Assembly (NCBI GenBank): GCA_000004985.1
Contig: GG738899.1
Length of the DNA stretch: 64,000 nucleotides
Origin: Naegleria gruberi
Lineage: Eukaryota
Reading direction: 5' to 3' (one strand)
Every line of letters starts with the position of its first letter. Positions within the stretch are counted from its first letter, which is position 1. A program made the translations under genes and the position numbers. Positions 21,812 through 32,005 of the stretch are shown piece after piece. Below the pieces are notes generated by a model, which saw nothing but the letters and a program-made list of their open reading frames with translations, was not told where the DNA came from and ran no database searches.

Positions 21812-22711
21812 ATGGGATCGTTCATGTGTACAAATGCCTCTGTTGCTCAGAAGGCACACAGAAAGGACGACTATAAAAATCCATTCGTTGAAAATGCAAA
21901 GGTGAGAAGACATCGACACAGAGAACGAGAGGCCAATAGAACTCTCTTTCATAAACCTAGGGGTAAGAAGGAAGTGGAAAACTTTCATGCCAATGATAGT
22001 CATATAGTTGAGCATCATGATTCACGAGGTAATGCCATAACAATACAAATACGGCATGCTAGGTCGATGAGTTGCTTGTCTGGCTTGGTTACTCAGCCCA
22101 ATAGGGAACTAGTGCCAAAGATTCCTAATGTTGAAAAACTCAAAGATGTTACCACACCAAAAGGAGAGACTCCTGATGTAATGATAGCCGAGAATGTAAA
22201 TAATGATAGAGCAAGTAATTGTAGTAATTTTGTCCCTGTTTTGTCTGCAAGGGATAAAGAACATGTTGCCTCAATATATGAAGTAACAAATGACGAGCAA
22301 GACCTGGAAAGATCTCCAATCAAGCTTAAAGATTTAAAATCCATCGACATGACCAATCATGATGAAGATAATTTCGATAATTTGGACCAAGGACATCAGG
22401 ATGATGAACACTACATGCACAAGGAATTTACGAGTATACAAAATGTTCACCATTTGAGAAGTAGAGTGAGTACCTCTAATTCCCTCAATAATCTCGAACA
22501 CAATCAGAGGAAAAGTTATTCCGAAAAGAACATTAGAAAAATTCTGAATGATTTCGAGAGCAATTCTCGACCTTTGACACCAGTCGATGATAAAAGATCT
22601 CAAAAGAGTTTAAGGTATCCTTCGAGAACTTCAATTTATTCCTCCCAAAGTCGTTCCTCAACATCAAGAGCCATGGAATTAATTTCTGTAAGTTCTGATA
22701 CAAAAGTGTGA
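21812..22711 (+). CDS. Hypothetical intrinsically disordered protein (299 aa), His/Asp/Ser-rich.
   Basis: A long ORF with an ATG and coding-like composition, sitting in an otherwise gene-poor 2.3-kb stretch. The N-terminus is MGSFMCT…. No recognisable domain. Confidence 0.4.
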   Translation: MGSFMCTNASVAQKAHRKDDYKNPFVENAKVRRHRHREREANRTLFHKPRGKKEVENFHANDSHIVEHHDSRGNAITIQIRHARSMSCLSGLVTQPNRELVPKIPNVEKLKDVTTPKGETPDVMIAENVNNDRASNCSNFVPVLSARDKEHVASIYEVTNDEQDLERSPIKLKDLKSIDMTNHDEDNFDNLDQGHQDDEHYMHKEFTSIQNVHHLRSRVSTSNSLNNLEHNQRKSYSEKNIRKILNDFESNSRPLTPVDDKRSQKSLRYPSRTSIYSSQSRSSTSRAMELISVSSDTKV

Positions 22712-22830
22712 TGATCACTTTGATATATCCCTATCTTTAAGTAATAGAGGATAGCAATTGTGAAAGGTAAAGTACTGCGAAAATGACAAGTGTTTTTGAG
22801 AATGGCAATTGTGATTGTTTTTGGTTACAA

Positions 22831-23955
22831 TTAGATACTCTCAACCTTTGCGTGAGCTTTCTCTTGAAGCTCCTTAAGTGGATGGAACAAAACCAAAATG
22901 AGAAAAGCATACATTAATTGACTTGAAGTATTAAAAAAGTGAAAAAATATTAGGATGTAGTTCCAATAAGCAGCAAATTGTAAAGAGATGGCACAGCAAA
23001 GTTCCACAAATAAAGTTCCAGAAACAACATAGAGGAGGAAGAGTGATTTTCTTAGATTTGTCTTTTTCAATCGATAGGATTCGTAAACTCCTGCCGCTTG
23101 AAGATTTAACTCAATTCCCTTTTCCTTATCTTGTGCTATATTATCCACCATTTTCTTAATTGCATTCTTTGATTTTCTCATCTTGTAAATAAACATGCAG
23201 CTAAATACCTTCAATCAAGTTTAGTTTCCAATTACAAATAATTCCACTTACATTACTGATAACAAATGTACCAAATGAAACAATTGCAATACAAATGGAG
23301 TAAGAGCCAAAGAATACAAACCATGTATAATCCTTTTCTCCATCATCCTTACTTTTTATGGAAATATTAAACAAGGATTGAAATCCAAAAATAATAAAAA
23401 AAGCAATAAAGCATATCGAAACAAGACTTGTATGAATTCCAAAGAATAGATTAGAAACTATTTTCCCCTTCCTTCCAATCATTCGAAAGTTACAACACAA
23501 CCGATAACTAGACCCAGCTCATTGATAAAAACCAATTTCGAATACACTACTTACTATGAAAAGGAAATACATATATAATTCAATTGTTGCGCAAAAATTG
23601 AAAGAACAGTAAACGCTCTGTCCAAACTCTTAAAAGTCGTGTACATGTCAAATTCCATAAAAATATCAAATTCTGAAATGATTCTGGCAGACACATTAAT
23701 TACCATACAAAAAAGCATGAGAATCAAACAAATAAACAATCCGTGTTGTATCTTATCTTTCAAACTTTTAAATTTCAAAATATAAGAAACAATGGAAGAA
23801 AGTAATAACATCAAGGCAATTAAAATAAATATCGGATTCATTGAAACAACTACTATTCCATAGGTTGAAAGAGAATTCTCTTCGATAAGACTACTACTAT
23901 TCGAAACTATGGATGCATTTGAGCTGGGTATTGTAGCTACAAGTAATTCGTGCAT
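22831..23955 (-). CDS. Multi-pass membrane protein. At least three coding blocks (23554-23955, about 23215-23500, 22831-23214); introns not resolved.
   Basis: Three consecutive minus-strand ORFs are rich in hydrophobic helices (…IFILIALMLLLSSIVSYIL…, …SICFIAFFIIFGFQSLF…, …FLLYVVSGTLFVELCCAISLQFAAYW…). A candidate splice of the first two is GTATTT…AAAATAG. Family unknown. Confidence 0.4.
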
Positions 23956-24204
23956 TTTTTCAAGAATAGTTTTTGAATTTTATGGAGATACCAGTAGTAC
24001 ATAAAACGTTATGCAAAACAGTATATTGAGGTTATCGCTGGAATAGTATATGAGTTGAATCAATTTTATTAAAGAGATGGAAGTGAATCTTCCTATTTGG
24101 TCAAGTAATCAATTCCTTATTGTCCAAATTCAAATCTTGATTTCTATTGATGATAACCTTCCGTCAACCTTCATATTGATGTTTCACATTTTGTGATACT
24201 GAAT

Positions 24205-24322
24205 GACTACGGCCATATCACGATGAATGCACCTCATCCCGTCCGATTTGAGAAGTTAAGCATCGTCGAGCTACATCAGTACTGAGGTTGGAGACAACTT
24301 GGGAACCTGTGGTGCTGTAGTC
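24205..24322 (+). rRNA. 5S rRNA gene, copy 1 (118 nt), followed by a T6 Pol III terminator.
   Basis: GACTACGGCCATATCACGATGAATGCACCTCATCCCGTCCGATTTGAGAAGTTAAGCATCGTCGAGCTACATCAGTACTGAGGTTGGAGACAACTTGGGAACCTGTGGTGCTGTAGTC. Helix I pairs the 5' and 3' ends. There are two substitutions relative to copies 2 and 3. Confidence 0.9.
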
Positions 24323-24357
24323 TTTTTTATTTTCAAAATTTTGCTCATATTATGAAA

Positions 24358-25799
24358 TTAAACAACATCTTTTTCTTCTCCACAAATTACTGGTTGCTTT
24401 TCTTCTCCATTAATACACAAATCAACTTGTTGGCTCACTTGATTTTTTCCTGCTTCCCTATTATCAATATTAACATTACTACATGTTTCAACAACTGCAA
24501 CAACTGCAGTATCTTCAATGAACTGAGGTATTTGTGCTCTCGGTGTCGTTGCATGATGACTCTGTCTACTCAGAGTACTAAATTTCTTATGCACCAAGGT
24601 GGAGGATGACAAATTATTTGCCGATCTTAAACTGTGAGGATGATCTATATTGTGAGATGAATGATTATTCTCAACAATATTGGTGGTTGCCTTCTTGCTC
24701 AATGCTCTAAAAGGAGTATACAGAGCTAAAGCAGTACAGGCAAATATTAAGATACCAAGAGAATTGCAAGTGGAATAACCCAAGGCAAAGTGAGCTGTCT
24801 GTGGATCTTCCTGGGCTACTCCAGAAGCAGCAGCAAACGCTTCGAATAGAAAACAGCCGAATAATCCACTTTGTAATACGAGGATTTTGATAATGGTTCT
24901 TCTCTTGTTTTGGTTTTCTATGGAAATTTTGGAGATTGTTTTGAGAACCACTGTTGCAGCAATCTATTGGTATGATGATTGAAATTATTGTTATTGGATT
25001 AATGAATATTGAGCTAGATCAATTACATGAGTCCACTTACAATTAATAAGGTAATTTGAATTCCAATTTGAATTATGAAAATAATAAGACACAATCCATA
25101 GACATAGGTAATAGATTCATCACTAATATATCCCAATCTCTGCACAATGGTCAGAACAGTAACCACCAAATTAATCACCACCAATAAAACTGAATTAATA
25201 ATTGTGAAAATTGAAACAATATTCACAAAATAGTGAACTTTTTTTGAATTTAACAATCCACTCGATAATCTAAATGTTTCCACAAATACAAGTGTAACAA
25301 ACCAAACAATAATAATCATGACTTGAATGTCCATGAGGACAATAAACAATTCGGCAGCCACAGAAATTACGTAAACTATAATTTCTCCCATGGTTATTCC
25401 CACATCGTGGGGAGTTATTCCCATAGTGTTATTATACCACAAGAATGTATCAAATCCCTCTCTAGCAGTAGTAGAATTACTCCCAGATTGTACCAGTTGG
25501 GCAAAATTCTGGAATTTCATTCCAAACGAAATGTTAAAACTGTCATAAATAATTCGAAATATCAAGACGAAACATTCCATGATACACATGATGAGCACTC
25601 CAATAATCATTCTCTTATGGTTCTTTGTGATGGTTTGATGTTTTTTGAGATAAAAGTAGATGATGTACATGACTAGACATAGAGAGAAGAAGAGTGCTGC
25701 AATGGCCAGTGAAATTTCAATATACGAAACTATGAGAGGCTCTATACGAAAGACAGTCGTTAACACTGATGGTAAAGATGAAGATGTGTCATTCTGCAT
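24358..25799 (-). CDS. Orphan multi-pass (about 7-8 TM) membrane protein of about 454 aa with a C-terminal soluble tail. Exons 25041-25799 and 24358-24963, intron about 24964-25040.
   Basis: A 77-nt intron (GTAAGT…CAATAG) joins …QITLLI|IAATVVLKTISK in frame. The total is 455 codons. Seven to eight predicted helices are followed by a tail of about 120 aa (…HHATTPRAQIPQFIEDTAVVAVVETC…). No family signature was recognised. It may be a GPCR-like protein. Confidence 0.5.
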
Positions 25800-26229
25800 T
25801 TTGTTTTGGTTGTATTATCGGCAGTGCCGAATCGTCACAGTGATTACATGATTTGATAGGAAGCACTTTGCCAAAATAGTCAAGCTAAACTTCTTATTGT
25901 GAAAGCACGTTAAATGGATTAATGACGTTTCATTTGCATTTACAGCTGTCTGTAATGATTCTGTGTTTAAAGAATAAATGAAGAATGCATAAAGAAAGAT
26001 ACATGGAGATTAAAGGATTTGAATTTGATGAAAGTGCTTACTGAGATAATGAGAAGCAGAAGTGTATAATCAGAATTTACAGTAATGTTGAATGCAGAGA
26101 CGGTCAACTAGAGTTATGTTCTATCAGTTTTCATCTTAATGTCACCATTCAATGAATGCAAAATTTGTTGATCTCAACATAGTTAAGGAAATGTGGATAA
26201 TAAATTAAAATTTTTGTATTGGGAATATT

Positions 26230-27819
26230 TTACAGTGATTTGAAATTTTGTTGATGTGTTGGCAAAGATAAGAACTCATTTGGATAATTTACAGAGCCAT
26301 TGGGTGGGATAGAGGCGTAGTATGATTGATTCAAAAATGGTGGAGGTACCAGAGAAGTATTATTATTTTGGGTGGAAGTTTCAATTTTTGTCTTCTTCTT
26401 TGGTTGTTTTTTTGGCTTTGGTGGAGGTTGTGGTTGAGTTGGAGGCTCTGCTATAGAACCTTCTTTTTCTCGTTCCTCTAATTCCTGTTTTTCTTTCTTT
26501 GACAAAAATCTGCCTCCAGGACCTCTAGCTCTTTTCTTTGCCCATTCGTGGCGAGAATTGTACTTGTAGGATTTGTCCTTATATTGCCCAGCATTTTTCA
26601 TTTGTTGTTCCAATTTAGCTCTGGCTACTCTTCTTTTCAAAATTCTTTGGTACTGTTTTGGATTTACATAAATTGTTCCTTCAACATTTTGTTGAGAGTT
26701 ATCTGCTTCAGCATTTGCTTGATTATTGGAATAGTCTTGAACTAGTGACTCTGGTTGCTCTTCTTCAGCACTTGTGGGTATTCCAGGTTGTTGTGAATAT
26801 TGATAGTAATTCCAATAGTGATGATTTGGATAAGAATACCAATGCATTTCAGGTTGGGAGTACAAAAAGTTAGGATCATGACTCATACCATTAGCAGCAA
26901 GATAAAAAGGTTGCATTATTCCATGTCCAGTCATTGCAGAAGAATGCAACATATTAGGATAGGAGTAAGCAGAAGTAGTAGAAGTAGGCAGACCATCAAG
27001 CTCATTCTCATATGCATGTTGTTGAAGAGTTGGTTGCTGTTGTTGGGTTGTGACTGGTCGTGCAGATGAGCTTCCCTTTTGGGTTGGATTGGATTGATTG
27101 GAAGAATTTGAGCTAACACGTTTCCTTTTCGGAGAGGTTTTTACAGTGGTTGTTTGAATCAAAGTACTACTCGGATCATTGATAGGAGTGGGAGCTGTGG
27201 CTGTAGTAGGAAGCTTGTTCAAAGGCAAAGATTTGACATTGTTTGTTTGTGAAATTATTGGTGATGGAATGGTTACGTTAGTAGTTGTAGTACTAATGCT
27301 ACTGAGTGCAGTGGCAGACACAACAGTTGAAGGGAGAGCAACAACAGCAGAGGACGAAGCCACATTGGTTGAAGGGAGAGCAAAAGGTGGAGGAAGGAAA
27401 GAACTTTCCATTGTCGATGATTGTTGTTGGAGTAAAAATTGAGTACCTCCTCTCATCATGGCTGCTGATGAAATTGCAGCTGACGATGATCCTCTACTAT
27501 TAATTGTAGAGGTACTACTGCTACTACTCGATGGCTTGAGAGGATCATGAAGAATTGATTGTTGTTGTTGCTGTTTGGGTGAGGAGTGAGTAGGGAGGAC
27601 AGAGAGAATTGATAGAGCAACCTGTTCATCACCAACCGATGATCTGTGATGAAGAGGATTTTCTTGATGATGATGGTGTTGATCCATAATTACAAACTCT
27701 CTTGGAGTTTGTATATTTGCATCATCATCACTACTGCTACTAATGAAGGAAGAATCGTCTTGATCGTCCTCTTCTTGATTACCAATCGGATCAACAACAC
27801 AAGTGTACTCTTCAGCCAT
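26230..27819 (-). CDS. CCAAT-binding factor subunit NF-YA / HAP2 homologue (529 aa) with long low-complexity tracts.
   Basis: The conserved NF-YA core is EGTIYVNPKQYQRILKRRVARAKLEQQ…YNSRHEWAKKRARGPGGRFL (subunit-interaction plus DNA-binding halves). It is flanked by poly-Q, poly-S and His runs and a Lys/Pro-rich C-terminus. Confidence 0.8.
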   Translation of the reverse strand: MAEEYTCVVDPIGNQEEDDQDDSSFISSSSDDDANIQTPREFVIMDQHHHHQENPLHHRSSVGDEQVALSILSVLPTHSSPKQQQQQSILHDPLKPSSSSSSTSTINSRGSSSAAISSAAMMRGGTQFLLQQQSSTMESSFLPPPFALPSTNVASSSAVVALPSTVVSATALSSISTTTTNVTIPSPIISQTNNVKSLPLNKLPTTATAPTPINDPSSTLIQTTTVKTSPKRKRVSSNSSNQSNPTQKGSSSARPVTTQQQQPTLQQHAYENELDGLPTSTTSAYSYPNMLHSSAMTGHGIMQPFYLAANGMSHDPNFLYSQPEMHWYSYPNHHYWNYYQYSQQPGIPTSAEEEQPESLVQDYSNNQANAEADNSQQNVEGTIYVNPKQYQRILKRRVARAKLEQQMKNAGQYKDKSYKYNSRHEWAKKRARGPGGRFLSKKEKQELEEREKEGSIAEPPTQPQPPPKPKKQPKKKTKIETSTQNNNTSLVPPPFLNQSYYASIPPNGSVNYPNEFLSLPTHQQNFKSL

Positions 27820-28118
27820 TAATTATATTGTGATGTAAAGTTGAGTTTGATTATGAGATTATCGGAAAGTAGTGGGCCGGACACAATGGATGACACAACA
27901 ATTCAATACTACTACTGTGTGTTGTAAAACCACTTATAATTATTGGAGAAATGTTTTGGTTGGTGGTTGAAGGAGTTCGATGATTGGATAAATTTTTTTA
28001 GGGATGAATAAAATAATTGGTTGTCCTAAATTTAGCTCATTTTACAATTTTTTAAATAGTAAGAACTATTTGAATGGTATGGATAACGAGATGAAAAGAG
28101 TATTTACTTTATTTACAC

Positions 28119-29243
28119 TCACTCGTCAAAGGAAATGGGTTTCTTGACATAGATTTGTCTGCAAACTGGACACTTTTGATTCTTACTCTCAATAAATTTC
28201 TCAAATGAACTCAAACACTTTTCATGAAATATGTGACCACAACTTGTGATGGTACACTTACGACCTTTGAATGCACACAGACAGATAGGACACTCCTCAT
28301 CTTTTTCTTCTCTTCCAAGGGCTTTCGACTCTACCTTATTCCATTGATCTTCTTGCATGTTAAGAATGAGAAGACTTTGTTTGACTTGTTCATCAATTCG
28401 TTTAAGAAAATCGTCCACATTCTTTTCATCCTGAATAACTCGTGATTCCAATCTTTCATTAATGCTCGATAATTTAGAGACGCAATATTTTTCATGCCTA
28501 TCTGGATATTTAGCAAAGTAGAGTCTCCTATATATTTTCCTCATCACATTTCCTCTACACAAGCTCTGTACCATTAAGGCACAAGTATTCTTTAGAAGAC
28601 TCAAATGAAGCTTGGTCTCCTTTCTTTGATAATCCTCTAATCTACACATTGGACAACTTCTCTTCCTCCAAATATTACATCTTTCAAAACTTTGCAAACA
28701 ATTCTGATGATACACATGTCCACAATTAGTAATACAAACAATATCATTAAATGCAAAAGATTCGAAACAAATAGGACATCCATCTTCCAAATGGCTCAAT
28801 CTATTTGTGACAAGGTTTCTTTCCACGTTATTCCACTGAGAATCTGTCAACTTTTTGGGAGGAGGTTCTTTGAGACCCATCTTTTGAGATAGAGTTGGTT
28901 TTCGTTTTGTGGGATCTTGTTCAAACTTTTTCTTCTTACCCAATAATCCGTGATTATTCAGAGATTCCGTAAACTCTTGTTGAAATGCAACTGCAGTCCA
29001 CAATTTTTCATTTTGCAAATAAGGCTTGTTAGTTGAGGAAGTAGAAGTGTTGGAAAATGGTAAACTTGTTTGTTTCTTGGTTGTATTTCCAGATACGAGA
29101 GACATTTTGTTGGAAGACATTATCGATGAGGAATAGTTACTCCTCGTAGGAGTCAACGATGATGGTGTTGTTGTGTTTCCATTCAATGACGAGGAAGAAG
29201 AGGACGAATTGGTGGCTGATGAATGTAGTGTCTTTTTTTTCAT
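28119..29243 (-). CDS. Double RING-H2 finger protein with an IQ-like motif (RNF32-like), 374 aa.
   Basis: Two RING-H2 motifs: CPICFESF…CGHVYHQNCL…CPMCR and CPICLCAF…CGHIFHEKCL…CPVCR. An IQ-like basic helix (…LMVQSLCRGNVMRKIYRRLYFAKY) lies between them. This matches the RNF32 architecture. Confidence 0.7.
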   Translation of the reverse strand: MKKKTLHSSATNSSSSSSSLNGNTTTPSSLTPTRSNYSSSIMSSNKMSLVSGNTTKKQTSLPFSNTSTSSTNKPYLQNEKLWTAVAFQQEFTESLNNHGLLGKKKKFEQDPTKRKPTLSQKMGLKEPPPKKLTDSQWNNVERNLVTNRLSHLEDGCPICFESFAFNDIVCITNCGHVYHQNCLQSFERCNIWRKRSCPMCRLEDYQRKETKLHLSLLKNTCALMVQSLCRGNVMRKIYRRLYFAKYPDRHEKYCVSKLSSINERLESRVIQDEKNVDDFLKRIDEQVKQSLLILNMQEDQWNKVESKALGREEKDEECPICLCAFKGRKCTITSCGHIFHEKCLSSFEKFIESKNQKCPVCRQIYVKKPISFDE

Positions 29244-29434
29244 CTTTTGGCGCCAATTTTAATCTTGTAAATACTTCAATATTTCATTTGGTTGTATTTT
29301 ATAAATTTCGAATAAGCAATTTTTGAAGTTAATACTTTCATTAATCCAACACTGTATTCTTTAATTATTTTCAAATTATTGTTCGTTGTATTAATATTTT
29401 TAATTATATTTTAAATAATTATTATCTTAAAAAA

Positions 29435-30449
29435 ATGATCTCAACACAAACCAAACGTTCAAGAGAACAATTTGAAGAAGACCAAAAAGCTTTTGATAAT
29501 TCTTCATTCGGAGAGGACTCTGTGGAAAATCCAAGTAAACAAAAGGTTGTAAGACCAGTTGTTATGTATAGACCAGGTAGGTAAACAAAAAGGAATAATA
29601 TGATGGAAATTTATGTGTGATGAAAATAATACAATTCAAGATCAAAATCAATTGGATTTATATAAACCAGGAAAGGAAGTCCGCGTCTTTGTTCCATCAA
29701 AATATTTATTATCACCAGATAAAAGTAAAGACAATAGAAAGATTTTTGGTACCGATATTTATAGTGATAGCACTGATATTATTCTTGCTTGTCAACATAT
29801 GGGTTTATTACAAGATCTTCCTCTAAGCAATTCTAAAGGAATTTTAGTTACAGTTTTAATTGAAAAACCACCAAGGTATGTCAATTAACAATTTCAAAAT
29901 GATATTTATTATTTTAGCAAATATGAAGCTACCTTCCGAAACAATGTTCGTTCAAGAAGTTGGACAAATATTTCTCATTCTGATTCTAATGCTTATAAAA
30001 TAATAGGAGTAAAAGCAATTGAAGATGATACTTTAGGACTTACTAAGCCTATCCCAGTCGACAAGTCGAATTTTAGTCATGGAATTGAACAACACAGATT
30101 CTTATCAAATGTTACTATTGTTTTTGGATTATCAGGAGAACCTGCTGTTAAATATACAATTAATTCTGTTACTGATAGAGGATACAATCACGATGACCTT
30201 ACAAGTTATCGTTTAAAGAATGGAGAAACATTAGTTTTGGAAACTGAGACATCCAGGTATTGGCTTGCATACCAAAAATCAAACTATGTTTGGTCCTCCG
30301 TAGATATGGACACTGCAGTTGTAACACCAATTTTTACAGATCTCGATTGGAAGGACATTAAATGGGGGCATGAATCTGTTCTAATCAAAGACCAAGAATA
30401 CAAATTGACCCTTACCTTTTTTAAATTGATTATTACACCATCTTTATAG
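29435..30449 (+). CDS. Conserved hypothetical protein, 302 aa, three exons: 29435-29576, 29641-29875, 29918-30449.
   Basis: Introns at about 29577-29640 (GTAGGT…TTCAAG) and 29876-29917 (GTATGT…TTTTAG) join the three blocks in frame, for 303 codons. Features include LYKPGKEVRVFVPSKYLLSPD…ILACQHMGLLQDLPL. No family assigned. Confidence 0.55.
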
Positions 30450-30701
30450 ATATAATAATAACTATTTTGTAAAAATAAAATAAATTATCCATAATCAATT
30501 AATATCCATGTTCAATTAATAATTGATTATTTATTTAAAAAATTTGTTGTAACAATTTCAATAATTTATTCTGGTAACCAACAAGAACTGCTGTTGTTGT
30601 TCATCAGATAAAAATAGACCAGTTCCTTCTTGATCAAATTCTTCAAAAAGAAAAAAATTGATCCAACACAATACACTACAACACACATAACAATTTGAAG
30701 A

Positions 30702-31955
30702 ATGGATCCAGAAGTAATTGAACAATTCAAGACCATCACTAATACAAACGACAGTGTTGCTCAATTCTATCTTGAAAGTGCTGGGGGAGATTTCGAGACA
30801 GCCATTACCAACTATTTTAGCAATGCTGAATCTGGAGCCTCTCACGGAGGAGTTTCTTCATTCACTGATGATGATGGAGATGTAAATATGACACCACAAG
30901 CTACTCCAATTTCTTCGGTACCATCCGGATCTTCAGGAGGAAGAACATTGGGAGGATCAAGTGTTCCATCATCAAATCAACCAACAACTTCATCAACATC
31001 ATCCAATAGTAGTAGTACTTCAAAGAAGCCTGTTACTAGTAGTGGAGGAGGTAGAAAGTTTGCATCACTCAGGGATTATAGTGGTGATGATGATGATGAA
31101 AAACCAAATTCTAAAGACAACAGGTATTATGCTGGCGGTAGTAGAAATTCTGGACAACAAATTATTGGTGCCAATGATAGTGACGATGATGATGACGAAA
31201 ATCACTTTGCTGATAAAGTTTTCAAAGCAGCTCAAGAAAGAGGAGCTAAAACCAGATCCGAATATGATGATGAATTGAAACAAAATAAGCCAAAGTTTGA
31301 AGGAAGTGGAAGAAGATTAGGTAACACTGAAGCATCTAGTTCTCTCATTAAAGCCGAAGAAAAGAAAAAGGAAAAGGAAGTCACAATTACATTCTGGGCC
31401 GATGGTTTCACTGTTGATGATGGTCCATTGAGACTTTATGATGATCCTCAAAATGTTCAATTCATGGAAGCAATCAATAGAGGATTTGCTCCAAGAGAAT
31501 TGGCAGAACCTGGTGTTGATATTGCTGTAAATTTACTCAATAGAAAGACTGATAAGTGGGCAGAACAACCAAAGCAATTTAAAGCCTTTGTTGGTTCTGG
31601 TAGATCTTTGGGAGCACCAACTTCCTCAAGCTCATCTTCAAGCTCATCAAGCTCATCTTCAAGTGTACCAAAAACTACTGTATCATCATCTAGCTCTTCA
31701 AATCTCAAAGTGGAAGTGGACAATAACAAGCCAACAACATCATTGCAAATAAGATTGGCCGATGGTGGTAGATTGGTTGGAAAATTCAATCTCACTCACA
31801 CAATTGGACATATTAGACAATTTATTAGACAATCTAAACCTTCTGCAGATTTTGATATCATGACACAATTCCCTAACAAGGTTCTGACAGATGACCATTT
31901 AACCATCGAAGAAGCAGGTCTTAAGGGAGCCACCATTATTCAAAAATTAAAATAA
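30702..31955 (+). CDS. p47 / NSFL1C (Shp1)-like p97 cofactor: UBA-like, SEP and UBX domains, 417 aa.
   Basis: N-terminal UBA-like region: MDPEVIEQFKTITNTNDSVAQFYLESAGGDFETAITNYF. SEP domain: EVTITFWADGFTVDDGPLRLYDDPQNVQFMEAINRGFAPREL. C-terminal UBX: TSLQIRLADGGRLVGKFNLTHTIGHIRQFI…. There are low-complexity Ser/Asp tracts. Confidence 0.85.
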   Translation: MDPEVIEQFKTITNTNDSVAQFYLESAGGDFETAITNYFSNAESGASHGGVSSFTDDDGDVNMTPQATPISSVPSGSSGGRTLGGSSVPSSNQPTTSSTSSNSSSTSKKPVTSSGGGRKFASLRDYSGDDDDEKPNSKDNRYYAGGSRNSGQQIIGANDSDDDDDENHFADKVFKAAQERGAKTRSEYDDELKQNKPKFEGSGRRLGNTEASSSLIKAEEKKKEKEVTITFWADGFTVDDGPLRLYDDPQNVQFMEAINRGFAPRELAEPGVDIAVNLLNRKTDKWAEQPKQFKAFVGSGRSLGAPTSSSSSSSSSSSSSSVPKTTVSSSSSSNLKVEVDNNKPTTSLQIRLADGGRLVGKFNLTHTIGHIRQFIRQSKPSADFDIMTQFPNKVLTDDHLTIEEAGLKGATIIQKLK

Positions 31956-32005
31956 ATTATAAATGTATTAATTAGTATAAATATGTTACAACAATCTTAA
32001 TAAGC

